Shown: positions 45,951 to 54,569 of the stretch, in pieces
Layout: every line of letters begins with the position of its first letter
Position numbering within the stretch: the stretch's first letter is position 1
Source of the DNA: Gemmatimonadota bacterium
Lineage (GTDB): Bacteria > Gemmatimonadota > Gemmatimonadetes > Longimicrobiales > Gaopeijiaceae
DNA: 64,000 bases
Direction: 5' to 3'
Assembly (NCBI GenBank): GCA_039589315.1
Contig: JBDHHQ010000043.1
Coordinates: forward strand, 63,785 to 127,784
The notes under the pieces: model-generated
The model's database searches: none
Told to the model about the DNA's origin: nothing
What the model saw: the letters and a program-made list of their open reading frames with translations, nothing else
Translations under genes and position numbers: made by a program

Positions 45951-48037
45951 GATGACACGTCCTCGGGGGTGGCCTGCTGTTCTGCCAGGACCCGCTCCAT
46001 GGCCGCCCGGGCGTCCTCCGGCGAGACGGTGCTCAGGTCCACCGGACAGTCGCTCGCGAGCTCGGCCACGTCCCTGACCGGGCAACGTGAGATGCCCGCC
46101 GCCTTGGCCTCCTCGATGAAGCTCCGCATCTCGGGCGTGAGCGCGTCGGCGCCTTCGGCCATCGCCTTGATCTGCTTCGACTGGAGCTCGCGGAACATCA
46201 CGAGCATGGTGTCCGTGTCGAACTCGTCGGCCTCTATCATGGCTTGCTTGTTCTCGTCCATCACGCGGGTCGTGACGCGCCAGAGCCCGTGCTCCTTGGC
46301 GAACCGCTCTACCGTGTTGCGGGCGAGCGGGCGGGCGATCAACGGCACGGCGCCGAGCCGCCCGAACGCCTCGTGCGTCCAGACGACGGGGTCGGTGGCG
46401 TTCCTCGCGCGGACCTGGAGGTGGCCGGTGTAGGGGCACTTCACGGTGATGGTGGCGTCGTCGGGCTCCGCGTCCACGTCGTGGCCCTCGATCACGGTGC
46501 GCTTCATGGCCTGCTCGGCCTTCAGCTCGGCAAGCGCGAGCTCCTCCGCGGTTCCGATCCCCATGATGAGCTGCATATGGGTCGGGAGGAGCTTTTGGAT
46601 CGCTTCGTCCAGCCGCTCGTTCGTGACCATGGGGAGCCCCGGTCCGGTGCCGTTCCCGGTACCGTTGCCCGTCCCGGTCGCTCCACCGGCTCCCGCCGGT
46701 TCGGCGTGAGAGGAGGTCTCCGGGCCGTCGCCGGCGTAGTTCTCCAGAACGAACTCCTCCACCGCCTTGCGAGCGATGCCGAGCGCGAACGGTGGCACCC
46801 TCAGGATGCGGACCTCGGCCTCCGGCGCCCACTCCAGGCCCGTTTCCCCGTCTTCCTCGATCCAGGGAATGTCGTCGGGACGGACCTCGCTCGTCCCTAC
46901 GAGGAGCACGTCGGTGTCGACGAGACGGCACAGGTTCTCGGCCTGCGAGCCGATGTCGGTCGAGTCGATCCGGTGGGCGCCGTGGCGAGCGAGGACCAGG
47001 AGCGAGGGCTCGACTTCTTCGACCCACTGGAGGATGCACTGGAACGGCTTGCCGATGAGGATCTGCGTCTCCATCTCCACGTCGGGGAAGTCCCGCCTCA
47101 TCGCCTCGGCCCGCTTGAGGTTGGCCTGACAGAGCTTCAGCAGTCCCTTGTCGATGATGTTGTTGTGGAGCTCCTCCTGCTCTTCGAACTTGAACACCTT
47201 CGACGCCTGCGCGGACAGGACGTCCTTGATGTTGCCGAAGACGACGTGGTGGTACTCCACGTCGAAGGCCGAGCATACGTAGAGCGTCGCGCCGAACGTC
47301 CGCGCCATCTCCAAGGCGACCCGGAGGGCCTTGTACGCGTAGCTCGACCCGTCGACACAGACCATCCAACGGCCGCCCTCGAGCGGCCGATCCCCGCGCA
47401 CCAGCAGCACGTCCTTCTCGGCCTTCTGGAGGACACGGGAGGCGACGCCTCCGAGCTGGGACCGGGGCTGCCGGCCGATTCCGTGAGCCCCGATGCACAG
47501 GAGGTCGTACGCGCGGCCGCTGGAGCCCGCGAGCTTCTCGTCGTGCTCCTCGTCTTCGGCGATCAGACGGCCATCGTCGCCGATCTGCACGTCACCGCGG
47601 ACCCGTTCGCCGCCGTCGTACTTGTCCGCGATGTTGGGATCGAAGCCGATGAGGCTCGGCAAGCGGCCCGCCCCGCCGTTGGCCTCCCGGAGGATCTCCT
47701 CGTAGTTGATGCCCTCGAGGAGTTGGCGCGTCATGGGCACGCCGGCCTCCGCGCAGCGCCGCTCGGTCTGATCGAGAAAGGAATCGGAGATGAGCTGAAG
47801 CCCTTTCTCGATCAGCTTGTCGTGGATCTTCCTTTGTCTCTTGATTTCTTGGGGCGTCTGGAATTGGGCCGGGAGGCCGGTCTCCAGCTGTCTGAAGCGC
47901 ACGTCGTGTAGGCGAGCCGCATAGACGTGGTTCCCCGTGATTCTTCCCTCGCTGCGCCGGCAGATCTCGATAGCCCGGTCCACGGCCTGGTGGGCATGGC
48001 CGGAGTTATCCACGGGAACAAGGATCTCACGATACAT
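45947..48037 (-). CDS. Universal stress protein (2 USP domains) with two PCP_red-like domains and CP motifs
   Basis: ILVPVDNS, IGAHG...LGGVA, VCVDGS, IGSQAE; WAPEAE...RVPPF and WTHEA...VPLIAR. Confidence 0.82.
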   Translation of the reverse strand: MYREILVPVDNSGHAHQAVDRAIEICRRSEGRITGNHVYAARLHDVRFRQLETGLPAQFQTPQEIKRQRKIHDKLIEKGLQLISDSFLDQTERRCAEAGVPMTRQLLEGINYEEILREANGGAGRLPSLIGFDPNIADKYDGGERVRGDVQIGDDGRLIAEDEEHDEKLAGSSGRAYDLLCIGAHGIGRQPRSQLGGVASRVLQKAEKDVLLVRGDRPLEGGRWMVCVDGSSYAYKALRVALEMARTFGATLYVCSAFDVEYHHVVFGNIKDVLSAQASKVFKFEEQEELHNNIIDKGLLKLCQANLKRAEAMRRDFPDVEMETQILIGKPFQCILQWVEEVEPSLLVLARHGAHRIDSTDIGSQAENLCRLVDTDVLLVGTSEVRPDDIPWIEEDGETGLEWAPEAEVRILRVPPFALGIARKAVEEFVLENYAGDGPETSSHAEPAGAGGATGTGNGTGNGTGPGLPMVTNERLDEAIQKLLPTHMQLIMGIGTAEELALAELKAEQAMKRTVIEGHDVDAEPDDATITVKCPYTGHLQVRARNATDPVVWTHEAFGRLGAVPLIARPLARNTVERFAKEHGLWRVTTRVMDENKQAMIEADEFDTDTMLVMFRELQSKQIKAMAEGADALTPEMRSFIEEAKAAGISRCPVRDVAELASDCPVDLSTVSPEDARAAMERVLAEQQATPEDVSS

Positions 48038-48154
48038 GACGCCTCACGGTCGTAGCAGACCATTGCCGGTAACGCTTGAAGACGGTTGCGTCCCACACCT
48101 GCGGCCCCGCCCCGGTAGCTGCCCGGGGGGCACCTTGAAATGCCGCTATTCTTC

Positions 48155-48177
48155 AAAAGGAGCCCCAAGCGGGGCCC
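48155..48177 (-). terminator. Terminator-like hairpin in the leader of the respiratory operon
   Basis: Minus strand GGGCCCC-GCTT-GGGGCTC followed by CTTTT. Confidence 0.4.
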
Positions 48178-48300
48178 TTCGAACTTTCAGGTCGTGGGCC
48201 GCGCCCAGGCCGGTCGAGGCACGGAGGCGAGGCTGACATCAACCCGAGGTCGCGCTTTTCGATGAACGTGGAGGTTGGGCGTCGGGTCGAAGTTGCCCCT

Positions 48301-48329
48301 AGGATATTGGGCGCTCCGATAGGTGTCAA
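48301..48329 (-). promoter_or_regulatory. Sigma-70 promoter upstream of the USP/rSAM/oxidase genes
   Basis: TTGACA-17 bp-TATCCT on the minus strand. Confidence 0.75.
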
Positions 48330-48396
48330 TGAACACGCCGAGGGGCCCCGTCTGGTCCGGGAAAACCCGCACACGACGGGCCCGTGACATGGTCGC

Positions 48397-49119
48397 TCAC
48401 GCCGTGCCAGCGCGGGTGAGGCGGTCGAGAAACGCCGGGGCCAGGCCCCCGGTGGCGAGCGACGCGAGCAGAACCCACGCGAACAGGGCCCATCCGCCAC
48501 CACCCAGGACGCCGGTCCCACCGGACGCTATCTCGAGGAGAAGCTCGTGGAGCCCGCGGTAAGGGCTCACCGTCTCGATCCACTGGCCCGGCAGACCGGT
48601 CGGGCTGCGAAACGTCCCTGAAGCATGCACCAGGAAGAGGGCGGTCACCGCGGCGAACAAGGCGCCCTCGGCGATGGAGCGGGCGATCGACGCGACCCAG
48701 ATTCCCACGAGATTCGCCACGAGCAGGGATCCGCCGACTACGGGCAGGAGCCACGCCGAGGTGGCCAGGTTGGCGCTTGACCCTCCCCAGAGGACGGCCA
48801 GACAGGCCGGAACGAGCTGTACGCTGTCGACCATCGCGCCGGCGCCGGCCCTTTCCAGAAGATGAGCGCTCGGTGGGATGGTCGTCCGGCCGATGCGCTG
48901 GAGCAGGCCGTGTTCGGCATCCCGGAGGAGCGGAATCGCCGAGCCGAAGGTCCCGAACAGGGCGAACAGCACGGTGTACACCGCTGCCTTGTGATGGGTG
49001 GGGGCGCCGCTCAGGGCTACCGGGGCGACGAGGAGGAGGGGGATCGTCGTGTTCAGGACGAAGAGCCGTCTGCGCCGCGTGGCCAAACGAAGCTCGAGCG
49101 AGAGGATCAACCCGCTCAT
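48397..49119 (-). CDS. ABC-2 type permease
   Basis: About six TMs, LRDAEHGLLQR; coupled to the ATPase gene. Confidence 0.75.
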   Translation of the reverse strand: MSGLILSLELRLATRRRRLFVLNTTIPLLLVAPVALSGAPTHHKAAVYTVLFALFGTFGSAIPLLRDAEHGLLQRIGRTTIPPSAHLLERAGAGAMVDSVQLVPACLAVLWGGSSANLATSAWLLPVVGGSLLVANLVGIWVASIARSIAEGALFAAVTALFLVHASGTFRSPTGLPGQWIETVSPYRGLHELLLEIASGGTGVLGGGGWALFAWVLLASLATGGLAPAFLDRLTRAGTA

Positions 49120-50225
49120 CTGTCCGATCCCGACTTGGGCCCTTCCGTTCCCGCCGCCCTGGCGGCTTGGTGGAAGCGCTCGTGTCCCTCATTGGTCGGC
49201 CGGTCCGCGACGGCCGGGTCAGGGCCCACATCGGGCGGTCGCCTCGCGGGCTCCGGGTGCCGGGGCTCATCAACCTCGAGCTCGGCTCCGGTCAGGCGGC
49301 GAAAGACCTCGGGCAGGCCGGAGCGCTGGATCTCGATCCGCGCCGGGCGGGCGCCCGCACGAAGAACGGCCGCGCAAAGAGAGGGCAGGACCCCGACGCC
49401 GCGCTCACTCTCCACGACCAGCCGGCTCGGCCCGGAGACCACGGCGTGGACGCCTTCGGGCAGCTCGATCTCGTGATCGCCCGGTCGGGCCAACCGAATG
49501 TCGACCCGGTCGCTCTCGTCCACGGAGCTGAGCAAGGCCTCGGGCGCGGCGTCCGCGACCTTGCGACCCAGGTAGAGTAGGACGAGCCGCGTGGCCCGCT
49601 CCACCGCGAACCCCAGGTCGTTGGTCGCCAGAACCGCGGTCCCCCCGGAGCGCGCGTGTTCGGCGAGGACGAGACCCAGCTGCTCGACCGCATCGGCGTC
49701 GAGACCGATCGTCGGTTCGTCCAGCACGAGAAGCTCGGGCCGGTGCGCCAGCGCCTCGGCCAGAAGCAGCTTCCGTCGCATCCCGAATGAGTATTGGCCG
49801 ACGGGCACGTCCGCGTCGCCGTCGAGCGAAAACGCGCGGAGCAGCGGTTCGATCGCCGCGGGAGCGCTCCTTCGGTGCACACCCATGGCGCGTGCGAAGA
49901 ACACCGCGTTCTCGTGGCCCGTGAGCGCGTCCAGGTGGACGGCCCGGTCCGGGCAGAAGCCGATGCGACGAACGGCTGCGGGGCCGAGCTCGTCCACGCT
50001 ACTCCCGAACACCCGCGCGCTGCCACCCGTGGGCTTCAAATCGCCCGCGAGCAAGCGAAGGAGGCTGGTCTTGCCGGACCCGTTGGGGCCCACGACGACG
50101 ACGGTTTCGCCGGGCGAGGCGTCCAGATCCACACCCTCCAGCGCATCACGGCCCGAAGGGAAGCGATAGGAGAGAGCCCGTGCGCGAACCACCGGCGGCA
50201 CTCCGGCTTCCACTACAGATCCCAA
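49116..50225 (-). CDS. ABC transporter ATP-binding protein
   Basis: GPNGSGKT, YSFGMRRK, LVLDEP. Confidence 0.92.
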   Translation of the reverse strand: MGSVVEAGVPPVVRARALSYRFPSGRDALEGVDLDASPGETVVVVGPNGSGKTSLLRLLAGDLKPTGGSARVFGSSVDELGPAAVRRIGFCPDRAVHLDALTGHENAVFFARAMGVHRRSAPAAIEPLLRAFSLDGDADVPVGQYSFGMRRKLLLAEALAHRPELLVLDEPTIGLDADAVEQLGLVLAEHARSGGTAVLATNDLGFAVERATRLVLLYLGRKVADAAPEALLSSVDESDRVDIRLARPGDHEIELPEGVHAVVSGPSRLVVESERGVGVLPSLCAAVLRAGARPARIEIQRSGLPEVFRRLTGAELEVDEPRHPEPARRPPDVGPDPAVADRPTNEGHERFHQAARAAGTEGPKSGSDR

Positions 50226-50644
50226 CCTGCGCGGGCCAAAGCCCAGAGGTTGATGAGGATGACGATCAAGGCCATTCGGTAGAACGAGGGCGGAATGACG
50301 GCCCCCGAGGTCGCGAAGAACGCGCTACCCAACACGGCTGGCAGGCGCAGCGCGTGAAGGGCCCAGATCACCCGTGCGAACCACCGGTTCTGCCAGCTCC
50401 ACAACCCCCAGACCACGGCGCCGGCGATCACGGCACCGACCGCGATCCAGACAACGGGATGCCCACGGTCCACCGGCATCAGCCCGGCCCTCCACAGCGC
50501 TACGACGGAGAACTCGTAGAGGAGGGCCACGTGCATGTACACGAAGGCAGCCTGGCGGAACTTCCTGACCCGCTCTGGAGGCCAGCGTAGCTGCGGACCC
50601 TCCCCGGTGAGATTCGCCTGGTCGAGCGCCGAAGTGGAGTCCAC
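50213..50644 (-). CDS. Hypothetical four-TM membrane protein
   Basis: Hydrophobic helices with His residues (YMHVA, LHALR); tight spacing within the operon. Confidence 0.65.
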   Translation of the reverse strand: MDSTSALDQANLTGEGPQLRWPPERVRKFRQAAFVYMHVALLYEFSVVALWRAGLMPVDRGHPVVWIAVGAVIAGAVVWGLWSWQNRWFARVIWALHALRLPAVLGSAFFATSGAVIPPSFYRMALIVILINLWALARAGWDL

Positions 50645-50647
50645 CAG

Positions 50648-51163
50648 CTACATTCCCTCGAGTCCCAGGTCCGTGCGCGCCTGGTCCATGACGTCCGGCG
50701 TGATGATCCGGATAGCCCGTTCCCCGGCGTAATCGGCGTAGATCCGTTTGACCATGCCGCGGACGAACGAGGGCACTCGCTGCAAGCGCTGCTGAGCTTC
50801 CGCGCTCCACTCGACCCGCGACGGTGAGGATGCCTCTTCCGGAGCAGGTTCCTTCCGGGCACCCTCTCGGGGGACCGGTGGCTCGGTGTCGGCCGGCGGA
50901 GGTGGGCTCTCGTCCACGAAGGCGTCGACTCGGCCTCCCTCCAGTCGGGTCCGCGTGTGCTCCATGGGCTGCCGCGGCACCGTCCGTCCGCCGATCTCCA
51001 CGCCCAGACTGCTCACGAGCTGCGTTTCCATCGGGTTCGTGAGCATTGCCATCTCGCGCCCACAACCCGGGCACGTAAAGACGGCAGCCAACGTCCCGTC
51101 CCCAGGCAGCTGGCGCTCGGAGAAGGCCATCACCTCGTCGCAGCCGAGACAGAGGAACTTCAC
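50648..51163 (-). CDS. Zn-ribbon (2x CxxC) + PCP_red-like domain protein
   Basis: CLGC...CPGC; WSAEAQQRLQRVPSFVRGMVK. Confidence 0.8.
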   Translation of the reverse strand: MKFLCLGCDEVMAFSERQLPGDGTLAAVFTCPGCGREMAMLTNPMETQLVSSLGVEIGGRTVPRQPMEHTRTRLEGGRVDAFVDESPPPPADTEPPVPREGARKEPAPEEASSPSRVEWSAEAQQRLQRVPSFVRGMVKRIYADYAGERAIRIITPDVMDQARTDLGLEGM

Positions 51164-52065
51164 GACCGCCCCCCGGCGCTCTCCGCTCGTCTCTCGATCC
51201 GCTCCGCGATTCGCTCGATCGCCATCGCCGACGGCCCCTCGGGGGAGACCAACGCCGGCGGATGCCCCCTGTCCGTGGACTCGGCAAGATGCGGGTCGAA
51301 GGGCACCTCGCCCCAGACCGCAATACCGGTAGCGTCCGCGAGTTCGCGAACGCCGTCGCCCGGATAGAGGGGAAGAGGCGCGCCTCCGCCCGGCGGCAGA
51401 TACGCGGTCATGTTACCGATGATTCCGATCGCGCCCACGTTCGCATCCTGAAGCAGCCGAATCGACTTGGTCACGACGAAGCGGGAGATCTCAGAGGGAG
51501 TCGTGACGACCAGAGCCAAATCGACGGCGTCCACCAACTCCAACAACCGGGAGATCTTGTCGGTCCCCGGTGGCAGATCGACGATCAGGTAGTCCAGCTG
51601 TCCCCAGACCACGTCCGCGAGGAACTCCCTGAGGACGCCCGTCTCCGCTACGCTCTGCCAGACATGCGTGCCTGACGTGGGGCCTCGCCAACGCAGGGGT
51701 GCCTCGGCGCCTTCTTGGAGGAGGTCCATCGACATCACGCGGACGCCCCCCGCCCCCGTCGCCGGTACCACACCCTCGGACCGGTCCTCGAGCCGCTGGC
51801 GCCATGCAGACAGCATGCGACCCTGCGACGGTCCGTTGAGATCCCCGTCGAGCACCCCGACCGCCGCGCCGCGGCGAGCGAGAGCGACGGCCAGATTCGT
51901 GGTCATGGCGCTCTTGCCGACCCCACCTTTCCCGCTCACGACCGCCGCTACGGTCCCGATCTCGGCCAGGCGATTTCGGAGTCGGGCCTGTTGCTCGACA
52001 ACCTGATCGACGATGCCCGATTCGGTCCCTGATTCGAGCTGGCTGTAGGTCCTGAACTTCCTCAC
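51160..52065 (-). CDS. Mrp/NBP35 (ApbC) family ATPase
   Basis: SGKGGVGKS, D.DLNGPS, WGQLDYLIVDLPPGT, VVTTP. Confidence 0.9.
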   Translation of the reverse strand: MRKFRTYSQLESGTESGIVDQVVEQQARLRNRLAEIGTVAAVVSGKGGVGKSAMTTNLAVALARRGAAVGVLDGDLNGPSQGRMLSAWRQRLEDRSEGVVPATGAGGVRVMSMDLLQEGAEAPLRWRGPTSGTHVWQSVAETGVLREFLADVVWGQLDYLIVDLPPGTDKISRLLELVDAVDLALVVTTPSEISRFVVTKSIRLLQDANVGAIGIIGNMTAYLPPGGGAPLPLYPGDGVRELADATGIAVWGEVPFDPHLAESTDRGHPPALVSPEGPSAMAIERIAERIERRAESAGGRS

Positions 52066-52158
52066 GAGATCTCGCCGGAGCGCGACGGCAACGGGCGGTA
52101 CAGAGGCGTCGGCCTCACGGCGCGCGCCGTTCTGCTCCTACCTGCAGCTGGCACGAGG

Positions 52159-52404
52159 TCAGGGAACGATCTGCTTCCCCTGCTCGTTGAGGACGACGAG
52201 CGCGTCCACCGGGCAAGAGGTGCAGGCTTCGACGACCAGGTCGGAAGGCGCCTCGGCACAAGTGTCACAGAAGGTCGCGATGCCTTCGCCATCGAACCGG
52301 AACACCTCCGGAGCGATCTCGATGCAGGTTTCGAAGCCGACGCAGAGACGGCGATCGATCTGGACGGTTACCTGCCCGATCGCGCGCTCCTCGGTCGCGT
52401 TCAA
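52159..52404 (-). CDS. Monocluster ferredoxin
   Basis: CVGFETC...APEVF...CPVDAL; AGGAGG RBS. Confidence 0.88.
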   Translation of the reverse strand: MNATEERAIGQVTVQIDRRLCVGFETCIEIAPEVFRFDGEGIATFCDTCAEAPSDLVVEACTSCPVDALVVLNEQGKQIVP

Positions 52405-52451
52405 TCGGCAGCCCTCCTGGGAAAGAGTTCGAACGCCGTCGCGGCGAAAGC

Positions 52452-52775
52452 TCAGGGTCCATCGAGCAGACGGTGAGCCCTGCCTGCGCCGGCCCGATGC
52501 GCCGGAGAGCCCGTGCGGTGCCTGTCATCGGTCGGGCCCGGTCGGCTCCGCAGCCGCCTGGCGATGCCCTGCCAGTCGCAGCGGGGACACCACCGCCACT
52601 CGTACCATCGGCCCAGAATCCCGAGCCAGGGGCGCCGAACCGCGACGGTATCTCCGAAGCATGCCGGGCAGTCACGCACCGGGTGAACGAGCAGCGCCGC
52701 GCCGAGCGCGATCACGATCCAGCGCATGACGACCAGACCGCCGAGCACGGATACCGCGACCACTGACGGGTCCAC
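52452..52775 (-). CDS. Small membrane protein with CxxC...CxxC metal site
   Basis: GTG start after AAGGAGG; TM helix, then CPAC and CPRC. Confidence 0.6.
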   Translation of the reverse strand: MDPSVVAVSVLGGLVVMRWIVIALGAALLVHPVRDCPACFGDTVAVRRPWLGILGRWYEWRWCPRCDWQGIARRLRSRPGPTDDRHRTGSPAHRAGAGRAHRLLDGP

Positions 52776-52813
52776 GCGCGTCCCTCCTTGACTCCCTGCG
52801 TCCCGCGCCGTCT

Positions 52814-53137
52814 CTAGCCGGCAGCCGCACCCGCGTCCTCGTCGCTCGAGATCCTCACGCCAGCCAGGCGAAAGCCGAGTCGGGCAATGAAGGGGAGCGC
52901 GATGGTTACGAGTAGGGTGGCGAACACGACGGCGAAGATCTGTCCGGTGACACCTCGCAGTATTGCCCGCAGGACAGCCCATGCGACGAGGAACAGCACG
53001 AGCTGGATCACCAAACCCGCCAGCTGTCGGGGACCGCCGCCGCCTTCGAATCGGATGGCGGCACCGCCGAGGTACAGTGCGGAGAGGATCCAGAAAATCG
53101 ATACGGGAACGAGCCACTCGACCATTGCGAGCTCCAT
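52814..53137 (-). CDS. Hypothetical three-TM membrane protein
   Basis: Hydrophobic 107-aa ORF co-directional with the operon. Confidence 0.6.
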   Translation of the reverse strand: MELAMVEWLVPVSIFWILSALYLGGAAIRFEGGGGPRQLAGLVIQLVLFLVAWAVLRAILRGVTGQIFAVVFATLLVTIALPFIARLGFRLAGVRISSDEDAGAAAG

Positions 53138-53264
53138 CTAAGTGGTCCCGGGGGTGCTGTCACAAGGTCCCGCTGGAACGCGGTCGGTTTCGCTCGATGG
53201 TACTTTTCTCGTCGGAGCGCCACAAGGGCCGTCTCCCGGGATGGACTCGCTTTCGCCGCCGGGT

Positions 53265-54569
53265 TCAATCCGTCCTCGAGACTCGGCGGGCCGTGCCGAG
53301 AGCAGCTCGAGCGGCGTCGGCAAGGCGCTCGAGCTCCGCGTCGCCGTGGGCCGTGGAGACGAATCCGGCTTCGAAGGGGGACGGCGCGAGGTAGACCCCG
53401 TTCTCGAGCATTCCCCGGAAGAAACGGGAAAACATCGCTCGGTCGCACGCGGCGGCCGCGGTCCAGTCGCAGACTTCCGCTTCAGCGAAGAACAGGCCGA
53501 ACATCGACCCGACGTTCACGATCTGCATCGCCACAGCGGCAGCGTCGGCCTCGGCCCTCAGGATCTCGGCGGTACGACGGCCCTGGGTCTCGAGACGGGC
53601 CCACGTCCCGGGAAGAGCCAACTTTCTGAGCGTCGCGAGCCCCGCTTCCATGGCGAGGGGGTTGCCGCTGAGCGTGCCCGCTTGGTACACCGGCCCAGAG
53701 GGAGCCAGCATCTCCATGATGTCCGCGCGCCCTCCCAAGGCGCCGACCGGCAGCCCACCGCCGATCACCTTTCCCAGAGTGGTCAGGTCCGGACGAACGC
53801 CGTAGCGCCCTTGCGCCCCACCCGCTCCCACCCGGAAGCCGGTCATCACTTCGTCGAAGACGAGGAGGGCACCATGCCGTTCCGTCAGCGCTCGGAGCCG
53901 CGGGAGGAAGTCGGCGTGGGGCAACACGAGTCCCATGTTCCCCGCGACAGGCTCAACGATGACCGCGGCAATGCCGTCGGGGTGCTCGTCGAATAGATCC
54001 TCGACCGAAGAGGCGTCGTTGAACCGAGCGAGCAATGTGTCGGCGACGCTCCCCTCGGGCACCCCCGGAGAGTCCGGCAGCGCGAGCGTCGCCACCCCGG
54101 AGCCGGACCGGACCAGCATCGGGTCTGCGTGACCATGGTAGCAGCCTTCGAATTTGACGATCCGCGAGCGGCCGGTAAACGCCCGAGCCAGCCGCAGCGC
54201 GCTCATGACCGCTTCAGTGCCGGAATTCACCATGCGTATCATCTCGAGCGCGGGCATACGTTCACGGATCTCCGTGGCGAGCTCGACCTCGGCTTCGCAT
54301 GGAGCTCCGTAGCTCGTGCCGCGCATCGAAGCGCGATGCAACGCCGAGACCACGGCGGGGTGGGCGTGGCCCAGGATCAGAGGGCCCCACGAGAGCACAT
54401 GGTCGACGAATCGGTTTCCGTCGACGTCGACGAGGTAGGCCCCCTCTCCACGGTCGATGAACAGAGGCGGGCCCTCCACGGCCTTGAAGGCCCGCACGGG
54501 CGAGTTCACGCCGCCTGGCAAGATGCGTGCTGCCCGAGCGAAGAGCCGAGCCGACGCCTCCCGTCTCAT
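53265..54569 (-). CDS. hemL: Glutamate-1-semialdehyde 2,1-aminomutase
   Basis: PGGVNSPVRAF, NSGTEA, FDEVMTGFR, GKVIGGGLPVGA, YQAGTLSGNP. Confidence 0.96.
   Translation of the reverse strand: MRREASARLFARAARILPGGVNSPVRAFKAVEGPPLFIDRGEGAYLVDVDGNRFVDHVLSWGPLILGHAHPAVVSALHRASMRGTSYGAPCEAEVELATEIRERMPALEMIRMVNSGTEAVMSALRLARAFTGRSRIVKFEGCYHGHADPMLVRSGSGVATLALPDSPGVPEGSVADTLLARFNDASSVEDLFDEHPDGIAAVIVEPVAGNMGLVLPHADFLPRLRALTERHGALLVFDEVMTGFRVGAGGAQGRYGVRPDLTTLGKVIGGGLPVGALGGRADIMEMLAPSGPVYQAGTLSGNPLAMEAGLATLRKLALPGTWARLETQGRRTAEILRAEADAAAVAMQIVNVGSMFGLFFAEAEVCDWTAAAACDRAMFSRFFRGMLENGVYLAPSPFEAGFVSTAHGDAELERLADAARAALGTARRVSRTD

Noticed and set aside
46645..46682. Short tandem repeat encoding GTGNGTGNGTG
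   Set aside because: It is a low-complexity linker inside a CDS, not an array.
44556..47498. 980-aa ORF as a giant radical SAM fusion
   Set aside because: The first ~516 aa are an Arg/Gly/Pro-rich shadow frame of the USP gene. The real start is GTG 45950.
48170..48215. TPP-riboswitch-like fragment CCC...ACCTGA...CGAAGGG
   Set aside because: It lacks the CUGAGA motif and the P5 stem-loop, and the downstream genes are unrelated to thiamine.
44620..50815. Photosynthesis genes inferred from PCP_red domains
   Set aside because: Only the ~45-aa accessory domain is present; there are no bchLNB catalytic regions.
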